NCBI RefSeq assembly: GCF_000284455.1
Contig: NC_017039.1
Location: forward strand, 1,950,001 to 1,982,000
Direction of reading: 5' to 3'
Length of the DNA stretch: 32,000 nt
Source of the DNA: Synechocystis sp. PCC 6803 substr. PCC-P
GTDB lineage: Bacteria > Cyanobacteriota > Cyanobacteriia > Cyanobacteriales > Microcystaceae
Part shown: positions 24,603 through 32,000 of the stretch, one piece after another
Layout of the letters: the number at the start of each line of letters is the position of its first letter
How positions within the stretch are numbered: the stretch's first letter is position 1
Position numbers and translations under genes: made by a program
The notes under the pieces: model-generated
Told to the model about the DNA's origin: nothing
The model's input: only the letters and a program-made list of their open reading frames with translations
Database searches by the model: none

Positions 24603-24902
24603 CTAGCCTTTGGGTTTGGTGTTCACACTCACCGGCCCATTGACCAAGGTTTGACAGGCGAGACGGAAATTGTCGGGCTTTTTGCGCAATACCCTATTTT
24701 CAAAGTCGGTTTTCGGGGAAAGATTTTCCATACCCGCTGTGATTTCCACGATGCAAGTGCCACATTGGCCGTAGCCTCCGCAGTTCATCAGTTTTCCTTT
24801 CAAGGTATAAATATCAACGCCATTCTGCAGGGCCTTTTCCCGTAGGTTGGCACCCTGGGCCACAACAATATCCTTCTGCTCTTTAACAAAGGTAATGGTC
24901 AC
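24603..24902 (-). CDS. 2Fe-2S iron-sulfur (ferredoxin-like) protein
   Basis: 99 aa with a GTG start. The cysteine cluster is [10 protein letters not shown], with a distal C in RLACQT, as in the 2Fe-2S ferredoxin fold. Confidence 0.75.
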   Translation of the reverse strand: MTITFVKEQKDIVVAQGANLREKALQNGVDIYTLKGKLMNCGGYGQCGTCIVEITAGMENLSPKTDFENRVLRKKPDNFRLACQTLVNGPVSVNTKPKG

Positions 24903-25046
24903 TGCAATTTCCTCCTGTCCTCAGGGGACAAACTATATTAAGAAAGTTTACGGGATTATGTTGCCCGGGGAGAATTTGTCCGTGGGGGGTTTACCGACCG
25001 ATCGCCGGTGAGAAGTACCAGGATAGCTTTATAAAGTTTTGTTACA

Positions 25047-25748
25047 ATGGCAGAAGAAATTCTCAGAAACCCAGCCATGACAGCCCTGACCCTCGAACAA
25101 ATTGCCAGCCAACTCGACAGCCCCAATTCCCGCGATCGCCTGATTGCCCTAGCTTCCCTGAGACCCTATTCCAGTGAGGAGGCGGTGCCCCTGATTAAAA
25201 AAGTTTTAGATGACGATACTTTACAGGTGCGTTCCATGGCGGTGTTTGCCCTGGGCATTAAGCAAACCGAGGAATGCTATCCCATTCTGGTTAAGCTGTT
25301 GGAAACCGATGGAGACTATGGCATCCGGGCCGATGCCGCGGGGGCCCTGGGTTATCTAGAAGACGAACGGGCTTTCCATCCCCTCTGCCGGGCTTTTTAC
25401 GAAGATACGGAATGGCTGGTGCGGTTCAGTGCGGCGGTGGCCCTGGGCAATTTAAAAGATATTCGGGCTCAAACGGTCTTGCTGGAAGCACTGAAAAGTG
25501 ACGAAGCAGTGGTACAACAAGCGGCGATCGCGGCCCTGGGGGAAATTGGTGCCGTGGATGCAGTAGATGCGATTTTGGCCTTTGCATCCCATGAGGACTG
25601 GTTAATTCGCCAAAGATTAGTGGAGGCCCTGGGAAATTTGCCCTGCGACCAGAGTCGTTCTGCTTTGACTTTCATGGTCAAGGATGAGCACCCCCAGGTG
25701 TCCCAGGCGGCCCAGTTGTCCTTGCAAAAATTAGACCTGCTTAGCTAG
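25047..25748 (+). CDS. nblB: HEAT-repeat (PBS-lyase-type) protein, NblB-like
   Basis: 233 aa of tandem HEAT-like repeats (RSMAVFALG, RADAAGALG, RFSAAVALG, QQAAIAALG, RQRLVEALG). I recall slr1687 being called an NblB homologue. Confidence 0.7.
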   Translation: MAEEILRNPAMTALTLEQIASQLDSPNSRDRLIALASLRPYSSEEAVPLIKKVLDDDTLQVRSMAVFALGIKQTEECYPILVKLLETDGDYGIRADAAGALGYLEDERAFHPLCRAFYEDTEWLVRFSAAVALGNLKDIRAQTVLLEALKSDEAVVQQAAIAALGEIGAVDAVDAILAFASHEDWLIRQRLVEALGNLPCDQSRSALTFMVKDEHPQVSQAAQLSLQKLDLLS

Positions 25749-25826
25749 GTTTTCTGTTTCTTTTCCCCTTGTCTAATCAAAATCTGCAACCGGAGAAAAA
25801 CAATTTCCCCCAGTTCTCTTCTGTGA

Positions 25827-26993
25827 TTATTCCGGCTGGAGAAGCTTGGAAATTTCCCTTTGGGATGGGTATTCTTGGCGGTATTGCACAGCGGCATGGC
25901 GAGCATCGGTGATGAGCCAGTCCAACGCCGCTGCCTGCACATCGATCGCCGCTCCGGTTTTATCTACACAGTAACGACCAAACACCAACTTATCCACTAA
26001 GCGAGCCCCGGGACCTAAACGGGAATACTCAAAAATTACACTGTTGTCCACCACCGCTCCCTGACAGATCAGGCAACTGGGGCCAATCATGGAAGGGCCG
26101 ATGATTTTTACCCCGTCCTCAATGCGGGTCATGCCGCCAATGTAAACTGGACCCTCAATTTCAATGTTGTCCCAGTTAGCGGCTACGTTGATGCCTGTAT
26201 AAACCCCCGGTCTAACTTCAATGCCGGGAATTTGCACATTTTTAATTTCCCGGGAAAGCACTCCCCGGATGGCCTGCCAATAGTCGGGCACTTTGCCAAT
26301 GTCTACCCACTCAAAGTCCATATTGACTGCATAAAAGGGTAGGCCGCTATCCACCAGCTTGGGAAATAGATCCCCTCCCAGGTCGTATTCCTGGCCAGAG
26401 GGAATGTAGTCGATTACTTCCGGCTCAAAAATATAAATGCCCGTGTTAATTTCTGTGCTCAGGGCTTCTTCCACCGCTGGCTTTTCCTGGAAAGTTAAAA
26501 TTTTGCCGTTGTCGTCCGTGACCACTACCCCATAGCTAGATACCAATTCCTGGGGCACTGTCTTGGTGATAATGGTGGCGATCGCCCCTTTTTCTCGGTG
26601 GAGCTTAACCGCAGTGGTTAAGTCTAAATCAATTAGCGCATCACCGCAAAGCACCACAAAGGTGTCGTCAAAAAAGGGGTTAAACTCCTGAATTTTCTTC
26701 AGCCCCCCGGCTGATCCCAAGGCCTTGCCCACCAGGTCACCATCAACAATATTGCCTTCAAAAGAATAGGCTATTTGTACGCCAAACCTTTGGCCATCCC
26801 GAAAATAACTTTCTATCTCCTCCGCTAGATGGCTCACATTGACCATGATCTGGTCAAAACCATGTTGGCGCAACAACTCCAGCAAAAACTCCATCACGGG
26901 CTTTTGCAAAATCGGGATCATCGGCTTAGGAATGGTGTGGGTGATTGGTCTGACCCGAGTGCCCTTGCCGGCGGCCAAAATCATGGCTTTCAT
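25827..26993 (-). CDS. Sugar-phosphate nucleotidyltransferase (mannose-1-phosphate guanylyltransferase-like) with a C-terminal left-handed beta-helix
   Basis: 388 aa from ATG 26993, which has a GAGGAAA RBS 7 nt upstream. MKAMILAAGKGTRVRPIT is the canonical NTP-transferase N-terminus. Hexapeptide-like repeats are present near the C-terminus. Confidence 0.88.
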   Translation of the reverse strand: MKAMILAAGKGTRVRPITHTIPKPMIPILQKPVMEFLLELLRQHGFDQIMVNVSHLAEEIESYFRDGQRFGVQIAYSFEGNIVDGDLVGKALGSAGGLKKIQEFNPFFDDTFVVLCGDALIDLDLTTAVKLHREKGAIATIITKTVPQELVSSYGVVVTDDNGKILTFQEKPAVEEALSTEINTGIYIFEPEVIDYIPSGQEYDLGGDLFPKLVDSGLPFYAVNMDFEWVDIGKVPDYWQAIRGVLSREIKNVQIPGIEVRPGVYTGINVAANWDNIEIEGPVYIGGMTRIEDGVKIIGPSMIGPSCLICQGAVVDNSVIFEYSRLGPGARLVDKLVFGRYCVDKTGAAIDVQAAALDWLITDARHAAVQYRQEYPSQREISKLLQPE

Positions 26994-27158
26994 CAACAAT
27001 TTTCCTCAAACTCAATCACACAAGTTGGCATAACTCACCCGCCAGTCTATCAAGATTCTTCTCACTACTCCAATAAGCATAGCTGAAAGCTTGGAGGAGT
27101 AACTAACCCCATGGTGACCGCTGGCGGGAAAGCAGAATCTATCTCCATCATCTTTGCC

Positions 27159-28067
27159 CTAATCAGTGCCCAAATGGCGACTTTCCATGGCTAGGGGCAA
27201 AAAAATGGGTAGCTCCCAGGGGGCTTCCGCCACCGGAATGTTAGCGTTCTCAAAGGCTTGTACCGTTTGCTCAACGCTGGTTAGAAGGGGACGTTTATGG
27301 GACAGTTGGTTGGCCACAATGGTGAGGGAATCGCCAAAGTGTCGTTTGATTTTTGCGCCCCGTCCTGCCAAATAGGCCACCACTGGTTTTTCAATGGCCG
27401 AGGCCACATAATCCGCCGCCCGCATTTCCCCGTTACTGTTGGGTTGCCCCAGCAATAAAATAGTTGCCGTTTGTTCGTCTTCTTCTAGCACCTGGAGCCA
27501 TTGCTCAAAGTTGGAACCATTGAGGCCGTCGGTGCCTAGACTGATCACCATGGATTGTCCCAAGCCAGCGGCGCTTAAGGTTTGGGCTATGTCGTCGGTG
27601 AGGCGATCGCAGTGGCTAATAATGCCGATGGGCCCGGGTAGATAGCAATTGGGGTCGAGGGTGCCGACGGAAAACTGTTGGGGGATCATAATGCCTTGAC
27701 TACCGGAACCAAGGATCAGGGTGTGGGTAGCTTGGGCTTCCCGCAGGAGAGTAATCATATCCAGGGGGGGGACTCCAGCGGACACAATTACTAGTTGACG
27801 AATGCCTGCGGCGATCGCCTCTAGGGCCGCATCCAAAACTCGGTAGGGGGGATTGAGAATTAAGCTAATGTCCACGGGGCCGACGGTTTTAACGGCTAAA
27901 TCCACCAAATCAAATACCGGCAAATCCCCAATTAGTTCTCCCCCATGGCCTGGACTTACCCCCGCCACCAGCTTGGTCCCACAGCTCCGCATCTGTTCCA
28001 GGTAGGTTAAACCGAGGGGATGATGTACTCCTTGTAGTAATACTTTGCTCTCTTTATGCCATTTCAT
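27159..28067 (-). CDS. sucD: Succinyl-CoA ligase alpha-subunit-like protein (divergent)
   Basis: 302 aa, collinear with SucD (GVSPGHGG, LPVFDLV, AIAAGIRQLVIVSAGVPPLDM, KPVVAYLAG). Key motifs are degenerate; see findings. I recall the locus annotated as sucD (sll1557). Confidence 0.65.
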   Translation of the reverse strand: MKWHKESKVLLQGVHHPLGLTYLEQMRSCGTKLVAGVSPGHGGELIGDLPVFDLVDLAVKTVGPVDISLILNPPYRVLDAALEAIAAGIRQLVIVSAGVPPLDMITLLREAQATHTLILGSGSQGIMIPQQFSVGTLDPNCYLPGPIGIISHCDRLTDDIAQTLSAAGLGQSMVISLGTDGLNGSNFEQWLQVLEEDEQTATILLLGQPNSNGEMRAADYVASAIEKPVVAYLAGRGAKIKRHFGDSLTIVANQLSHKRPLLTSVEQTVQAFENANIPVAEAPWELPIFLPLAMESRHLGTD

Positions 28068-28171
28068 GGGGGGATTATTAAAGGAAAACTGTGGCTTGAT
28101 GCCCTACTCCGCAGCTATCGGGGTCAACCAGTCCAAGCTTCACTGTATCGTCAACCAGAGCAAAATGTCCC

Positions 28172-29221
28172 TTAAGGTTTAGTTAACCTTTGTCCCGATT
28201 GTCTGTCCCAAAGGGGGACTTGGGCCAGTTGGGTCAGATTGGCGGCATCACAACAAAAGGCGGCGATTTGCAGTTCCCTTAGCCGTGCCTGGTAATGGTC
28301 ATAAACCCTTTGGGCGTTGATTTTCGCTTCTGCTAATACCGGTGCCGCACTACCCACCAGGGTGGCCCCCAGGGCGATCGCCTTGGCCCCGTCAATGCCG
28401 GAACGAATGCCGCCGCTGGCGAAAACCAGGATCTGCTCAGTATTTTGCACTACCTGTTGCAAACTCCAGGCTGTGGGTAATCCCCAATCGGCAAAGTTAT
28501 GGGCCACTTCCTTCGCTTGGCGATCGGTTTGTCGATGGGCTTCCACTTCACTCCAACTGGTGCCCCCAGCTCCAGCCACATCGATCGCCCCGACCCCACA
28601 TTCCTGCAATCTTTTGGCCACCGGACCGCTAATGCCATTGCCCACTTCTTTGACAATTACCGGCACTTCCAAAGCCTCTACTAAAGCTTCTAACTTAGAC
28701 CAGAGTCCCGACCACAGGCGATCGCCATCGGGTTGCACCGCTTCCTGGAGGGGATTGAGATGCAAAATCAGCGCATCGGCTTCAATCATATCCACCGCCC
28801 GCTGGGCTTGCTCCAAACCGTAACCGTAATTTAATTGCACTAATCCCAGGTTGGCAAAAAGTAAAATATCTGGGGCGACGGAGCGGACTTGATAGGTGAA
28901 GGCTAAATCAGGATTTTCAATGGCGGCCCGTTGGGAACCCAAACCCATGGCGATGCCCAAAGCCTGGGCCACCTCGGCTAAAAATAGATTAATTTGCTTG
29001 GCCTCTGGCGTGCCGCCGGTCATACTGCTGATCAACCAAGGGTAAGTCAAGGATTTACCCCAGAGGGTCAGTCCCAAATCCACTGCATCCAGATCCACCG
29101 CAGGAAGAGCGCAGTGTTCCAGCATCAATCTTTCAAAGCCGGTGGAAATGCCTTTGCCCACCACATCTTCTTCTAGGACAATGCGGATATGATCGGACTT
29201 ACGGTGGGGGGTGCTATCCAT
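28172..29221 (-). CDS. fni: Type 2 (FMN-dependent) isopentenyl-diphosphate delta-isomerase
   Basis: 349 aa. The N-terminal RKSDHIRI, then SSMTGG, VKEVGNGIS and ASGGIRSG are hallmarks of IDI-2. Confidence 0.9.
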   Translation of the reverse strand: MDSTPHRKSDHIRIVLEEDVVGKGISTGFERLMLEHCALPAVDLDAVDLGLTLWGKSLTYPWLISSMTGGTPEAKQINLFLAEVAQALGIAMGLGSQRAAIENPDLAFTYQVRSVAPDILLFANLGLVQLNYGYGLEQAQRAVDMIEADALILHLNPLQEAVQPDGDRLWSGLWSKLEALVEALEVPVIVKEVGNGISGPVAKRLQECGVGAIDVAGAGGTSWSEVEAHRQTDRQAKEVAHNFADWGLPTAWSLQQVVQNTEQILVFASGGIRSGIDGAKAIALGATLVGSAAPVLAEAKINAQRVYDHYQARLRELQIAAFCCDAANLTQLAQVPLWDRQSGQRLTKP

Positions 29222-29392
29222 CAGTGAATTACATTACAAATACCGGCAAGCAATTTTGCCATCAACTGGAGGGAGTGGAGCAATAACTTAAAAATAACCC
29301 AGGATTAAGGTGGGGGCATATTGTGGTGGTGCTGCTAGGAAAAACCAAAAAACATTAGGGATTTCGATTTCAGTACTATTGCCCTTGGAGTC

Positions 29393-30499
29393 TTAAATGG
29401 AGTCTGATTCCCAGCCCTGGATAGTAATGGTGGTGCCTTCCCCGGGGACACTGGCGATCGCCAATTTTCCACCGTAGAGTTCCGTCAGTCGTTGAGCTAA
29501 GGTCAACCCCAGCCCAGAACCCTGTTGCTCAAATTCGTGACGCCGGAACTGTACATGGGCACCGATGGAATTTAATTCTTCTTTGGCCATGCCCCTACCA
29601 TGGTCTCGGATGGTCAAGTGACAGGTGCCATTTTTAGCCACGGCTTCCAGTTGCACCAGGGTACCAGGTAGTGAAAACTTAAAAGCATTGTCCAGCAATT
29701 CTTGAACAATTTTCTGAAAATCTGGCTCCGCCACCTGGACCCGCTGGGGCACAATCATCATTTCCACATCCTGACGGCGGGGTTGATTCTGTCCCAAATT
29801 CTCCAACACCAGAGCCAAGCTCAATGGCAGTTCGGTGTATTGACTCAACCGGGATTGCCACACCTCCAGGCGGGTGGGGCTGGCCAAGAGTAGGTCCAAA
29901 TCTGCCATCAACAAAAAATTCTCCACCAAACGATGGAGTCTCTCCCCAGAGGTTTTGATGTCATGCAACGATTCCATCACTTCATTGTGGGAGAGGGAAT
30001 CATAGAAATTAATCAGCAACTGGGACGTCCCCAAAATCCCGTTTAGGGGGGTCAATAATTCATGGGGCAGGGAACGGGTAACTTGTTGGCGCAGATTATC
30101 CAGGCGGCTTTCCACCATGGCCTGGCGCTGATAATGGCGGTCCAAACGGGTGGTGATGGCATGGAGCAGTTCATCGATGGTGAAGGGTTTGGTTAAATAA
30201 TCATCTGCCCCCAATTCCATGCCCTGGCGGAATGCGTGGTGGTCTGCCTTTGCTGTTAAAAGAATAAAAGGAATAACCGCCAAGTTGGGGTCCTGGCGTA
30301 GGGACATCAATACTTCAAATCCCGTCACCCTGGGCATCATCACATCACAGAGAATTAAGTCCGGCAGATGTTGCTTCGCCAAAGCCAGACCAGTTTCACC
30401 ATCGGGGGCAGAAATAACTTCGTAGTCTTCCAGGGAGAGAATGTCCTCTATATTCTGCCTAACCTCTAGTTGGTCTTCAATTATCAAAATTTTGGGCAT
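29393..30499 (-). CDS. Hybrid two-component protein: N-terminal receiver domain fused to HisKA and HATPase_c
   Basis: 368 aa. The REC domain has KILIIEDQ...LILCDVMMP...LTAK. The H-box is SLPHELLTPLNGILG. The G-boxes are DHGRGM and GSGLGL. There are no transmembrane segments. Confidence 0.9.
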   Translation of the reverse strand: MPKILIIEDQLEVRQNIEDILSLEDYEVISAPDGETGLALAKQHLPDLILCDVMMPRVTGFEVLMSLRQDPNLAVIPFILLTAKADHHAFRQGMELGADDYLTKPFTIDELLHAITTRLDRHYQRQAMVESRLDNLRQQVTRSLPHELLTPLNGILGTSQLLINFYDSLSHNEVMESLHDIKTSGERLHRLVENFLLMADLDLLLASPTRLEVWQSRLSQYTELPLSLALVLENLGQNQPRRQDVEMMIVPQRVQVAEPDFQKIVQELLDNAFKFSLPGTLVQLEAVAKNGTCHLTIRDHGRGMAKEELNSIGAHVQFRRHEFEQQGSGLGLTLAQRLTELYGGKLAIASVPGEGTTITIQGWESDSI

Positions 30500-30913
30500 G
30501 GGTTGCGCTTAAAAAATGATGTTGTAGATAATTCTGACCTTTCTCCATTATTTTCCTACCTCATGTCTCTTTGCTCACCATGATTTTTTTGTTAGGGGAG
30601 TTTTCTGGGCGGCAGAATATCAGGCGATCGCCAAACTCAGTTGTGCCCTCAAGTGAGCAGCAGTAATGAAGTCAAATTCCATACTAGGCGGCGGTAAAAA
30701 GGACTTGAATCAAGTTTTTGGGAGTAGGGGAGCAACTTTAAGAAGAGATTACGGAAAATTTAAGGAAAATAAGATTTAAAGAAAATCTAGAAACCCCAGG
30801 AAATTTTAAGATTATTCATAACTGTCGATTGTGCTTCTATTATCTATCCATATGATCCAGAAAGGGGAATTGGGTCAAGCTCTTTTCCCTAGAACCACTC
30901 CCAGGAGCAGGGA

Positions 30914-30978
30914 TATGTAAAGAATTGTTTTGGGAAAGTCGGGGGGAGGGGGAGGACGCAGAATAAAGCTGGTAGAAT
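30914..30978 (+). promoter_or_regulatory. Candidate psaE promoter: a -10 box TAGAAT (30973-30978) with an HLR1-like element upstream (30914-30931)
   Basis: The reverse complement of 30914-30931 is AAAACAAT-TC-TTTACATA. That is one perfect and one weak half-site of the RpaB HLR1 direct repeat, (G/T)TTACA(T/A)(T/A) N2 (G/T)TTACA(T/A)(T/A). It is centred about 60 nt upstream of the putative start. This is pattern matching only. Confidence 0.3.
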
Positions 30979-31076
30979 TTGGCGTTAAGTGGGCTGGGTT
31001 GTTGCCTGGGGCTTCCTCGGGACACCAGCAAACGGGATAGTTTTTTACAAATCGCAATTATCTAAGGAATTAAATC

Positions 31077-31301
31077 ATGGCCTTAAATCGTGGTGACAAA
31101 GTTAGAATCAAACGCACTGAGTCCTACTGGTACGGTGATGTTGGCACGGTTGCTAGTGTGGAGAAAAGCGGCATTCTCTATCCGGTGATTGTGCGCTTCG
31201 ACCGGGTGAACTACAACGGTTTCAGCGGTAGTGCTTCCGGGGTAAACACCAACAACTTTGCCGAAAATGAATTGGAATTGGTGCAAGCGGCGGCAAAATA
31301 G
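31077..31301 (+). CDS. psaE: Photosystem I reaction centre subunit IV
   Basis: 74 aa. [28 protein letters not shown]...[10 protein letters not shown] is the PsaE SH3-like sequence I recognise from Synechocystis. Confidence 0.97.
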   Translation: MALNRGDKVRIKRTESYWYGDVGTVASVEKSGILYPVIVRFDRVNYNGFSGSASGVNTNNFAENELELVQAAAK

Positions 31302-31335
31302 TCTTGACTGTGGACTAAATTTGCATTGTTGAACT

Positions 31336-32000
31336 GTGCCAGAACTACCAGAAGTTGAAACAGTATGCCGGGGGCTCAATCGTTTGACCCTGGAGCAGAC
31401 CATCGGGGGAGGGGAAGTGTTGCTTGATCGCAGTCTTGCCTACCCCGTTTCTGTTGAGGATTTTCAGAAGCAAATTACCGGTTGTCGTTTGGTGGGCTGG
31501 CAACGGCGGGGAAAGTATTTGCTGGGGGAACTTAGAAGCAATCAAGCCCCAGGGCCGGCGGGATGGTTGGGATGCCATTTACGTATGACAGGGCAGTTAC
31601 TCTGGACAGAACGGGATCAGCAGAGACCACGACACACTAGGGTGGTGCTCCACTTTGAGGGCGGGTGGGAGTTACGTTTTGTGGATACCCGCACCTTTGG
31701 CAAAGTCTGGCTCCTACCAGGCGATCGCCCTTGGGCTGAAGTAATGACGGGGCTGGGACAGTTGGGGCCAGAACCCTTTGGGGCGGATTTTACGGCGGAA
31801 TATCTCTACGAAAAGCTGAAATCCAGTCGCCGCCCTTTAAAAAATGCCCTGCTGGATCAACGGTTGGTGGCAGGCTTGGGTAATATTTATGCCGATGAAG
31901 TCTTATTTTTTTGCGGCTTCCATCCCACCATGGCGAGTAATCAGGTGAGTTTGCAGGACTGTGAACTGATACATCAACAAATTCAAGCCACTTTAACAGC
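31336..32000 (+). CDS. mutM: Formamidopyrimidine-DNA glycosylase, 3'-truncated by the window edge
   Basis: The GTG start gives (M)PELPEVETV, the obligatory Fpg N-terminus with catalytic Pro2. RRGKYLL, LRMTGQL, FVDTRTFGK and LLDQRLVAGLGNIYADEVLF follow. The frame is open to the window end. It is absent from the ORF track because it has no stop. Confidence 0.92.
   Translation, partial: MPELPEVETVCRGLNRLTLEQTIGGGEVLLDRSLAYPVSVEDFQKQITGCRLVGWQRRGKYLLGELRSNQAPGPAGWLGCHLRMTGQLLWTERDQQRPRHTRVVLHFEGGWELRFVDTRTFGKVWLLPGDRPWAEVMTGLGQLGPEPFGADFTAEYLYEKLKSSRRPLKNALLDQRLVAGLGNIYADEVLFFCGFHPTMASNQVSLQDCELIHQQIQATLT

Noticed and set aside
1-32000. Search for tRNA, rRNA or tmRNA genes in the intergenic regions.
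   Set aside because: I found no cloverleaf-compatible sequence, such as a GGTTCGAATCC-type T-arm with a matching acceptor stem. A proper tRNAscan/Infernal run would still be needed to exclude small ncRNAs.

Overview
The window looks like cyanobacterial chromosome, and I recognise it as Synechocystis sp. PCC 6803 (roughly the slr1670 to slr1689 region). The basis is the exact PsaE sequence, the gene order, and about thirty copies of the HIP1 octamer GCGATCGC; locus and IS names are from memory. Most of the window is housekeeping genes. On the + strand: a GH13-like hydrolase (5' partial), glpK, a TrmH/SpoU methyltransferase, a DUF760 protein, hypA, a DUF4079 membrane protein, an LpxB-like glycosyltransferase, rplU, rpmA and a VanX-like dipeptidase. 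cimA and putA are on the - strand. Further right are a class V aminotransferase, an FHA protein, a 2Fe-2S protein, a HEAT-repeat NblB-like protein, a sugar-phosphate nucleotidyltransferase, a divergent SucD-like protein, type 2 IPP isomerase, a hybrid response-regulator/histidine kinase, psaE and mutM (3' partial). Two AT-rich, HIP1-free accessory islands interrupt this. Island 1 (about 11.6-15.2 kb) carries a translationally coupled two-gene module on the - strand. It encodes a 154-aa, possibly HEPN-like protein and a 926/939-aa protein. The large protein combines a ParA/MinD-type ATPase with a KGGVGR variant P-loop and a second NACHT/STAND-like P-loop NTPase. On one side lies a patch of decayed gene fragments (ABC ATPase pieces, a DUF29 gene with an in-frame stop, a NUDIX 3' fragment). 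I consider this module the best candidate for an uncharacterised NTP-dependent conflict or defence system. Island 2 (about 18.2-22.6 kb) carries an orphan secreted glycine-zipper protein and a three-layer nest of insertion sequences: a 1174-bp IS4-type element with a 9-bp target duplication, inside an IS701-like element, inside an IS1-like remnant. I saw no tRNA, rRNA or CRISPR array.
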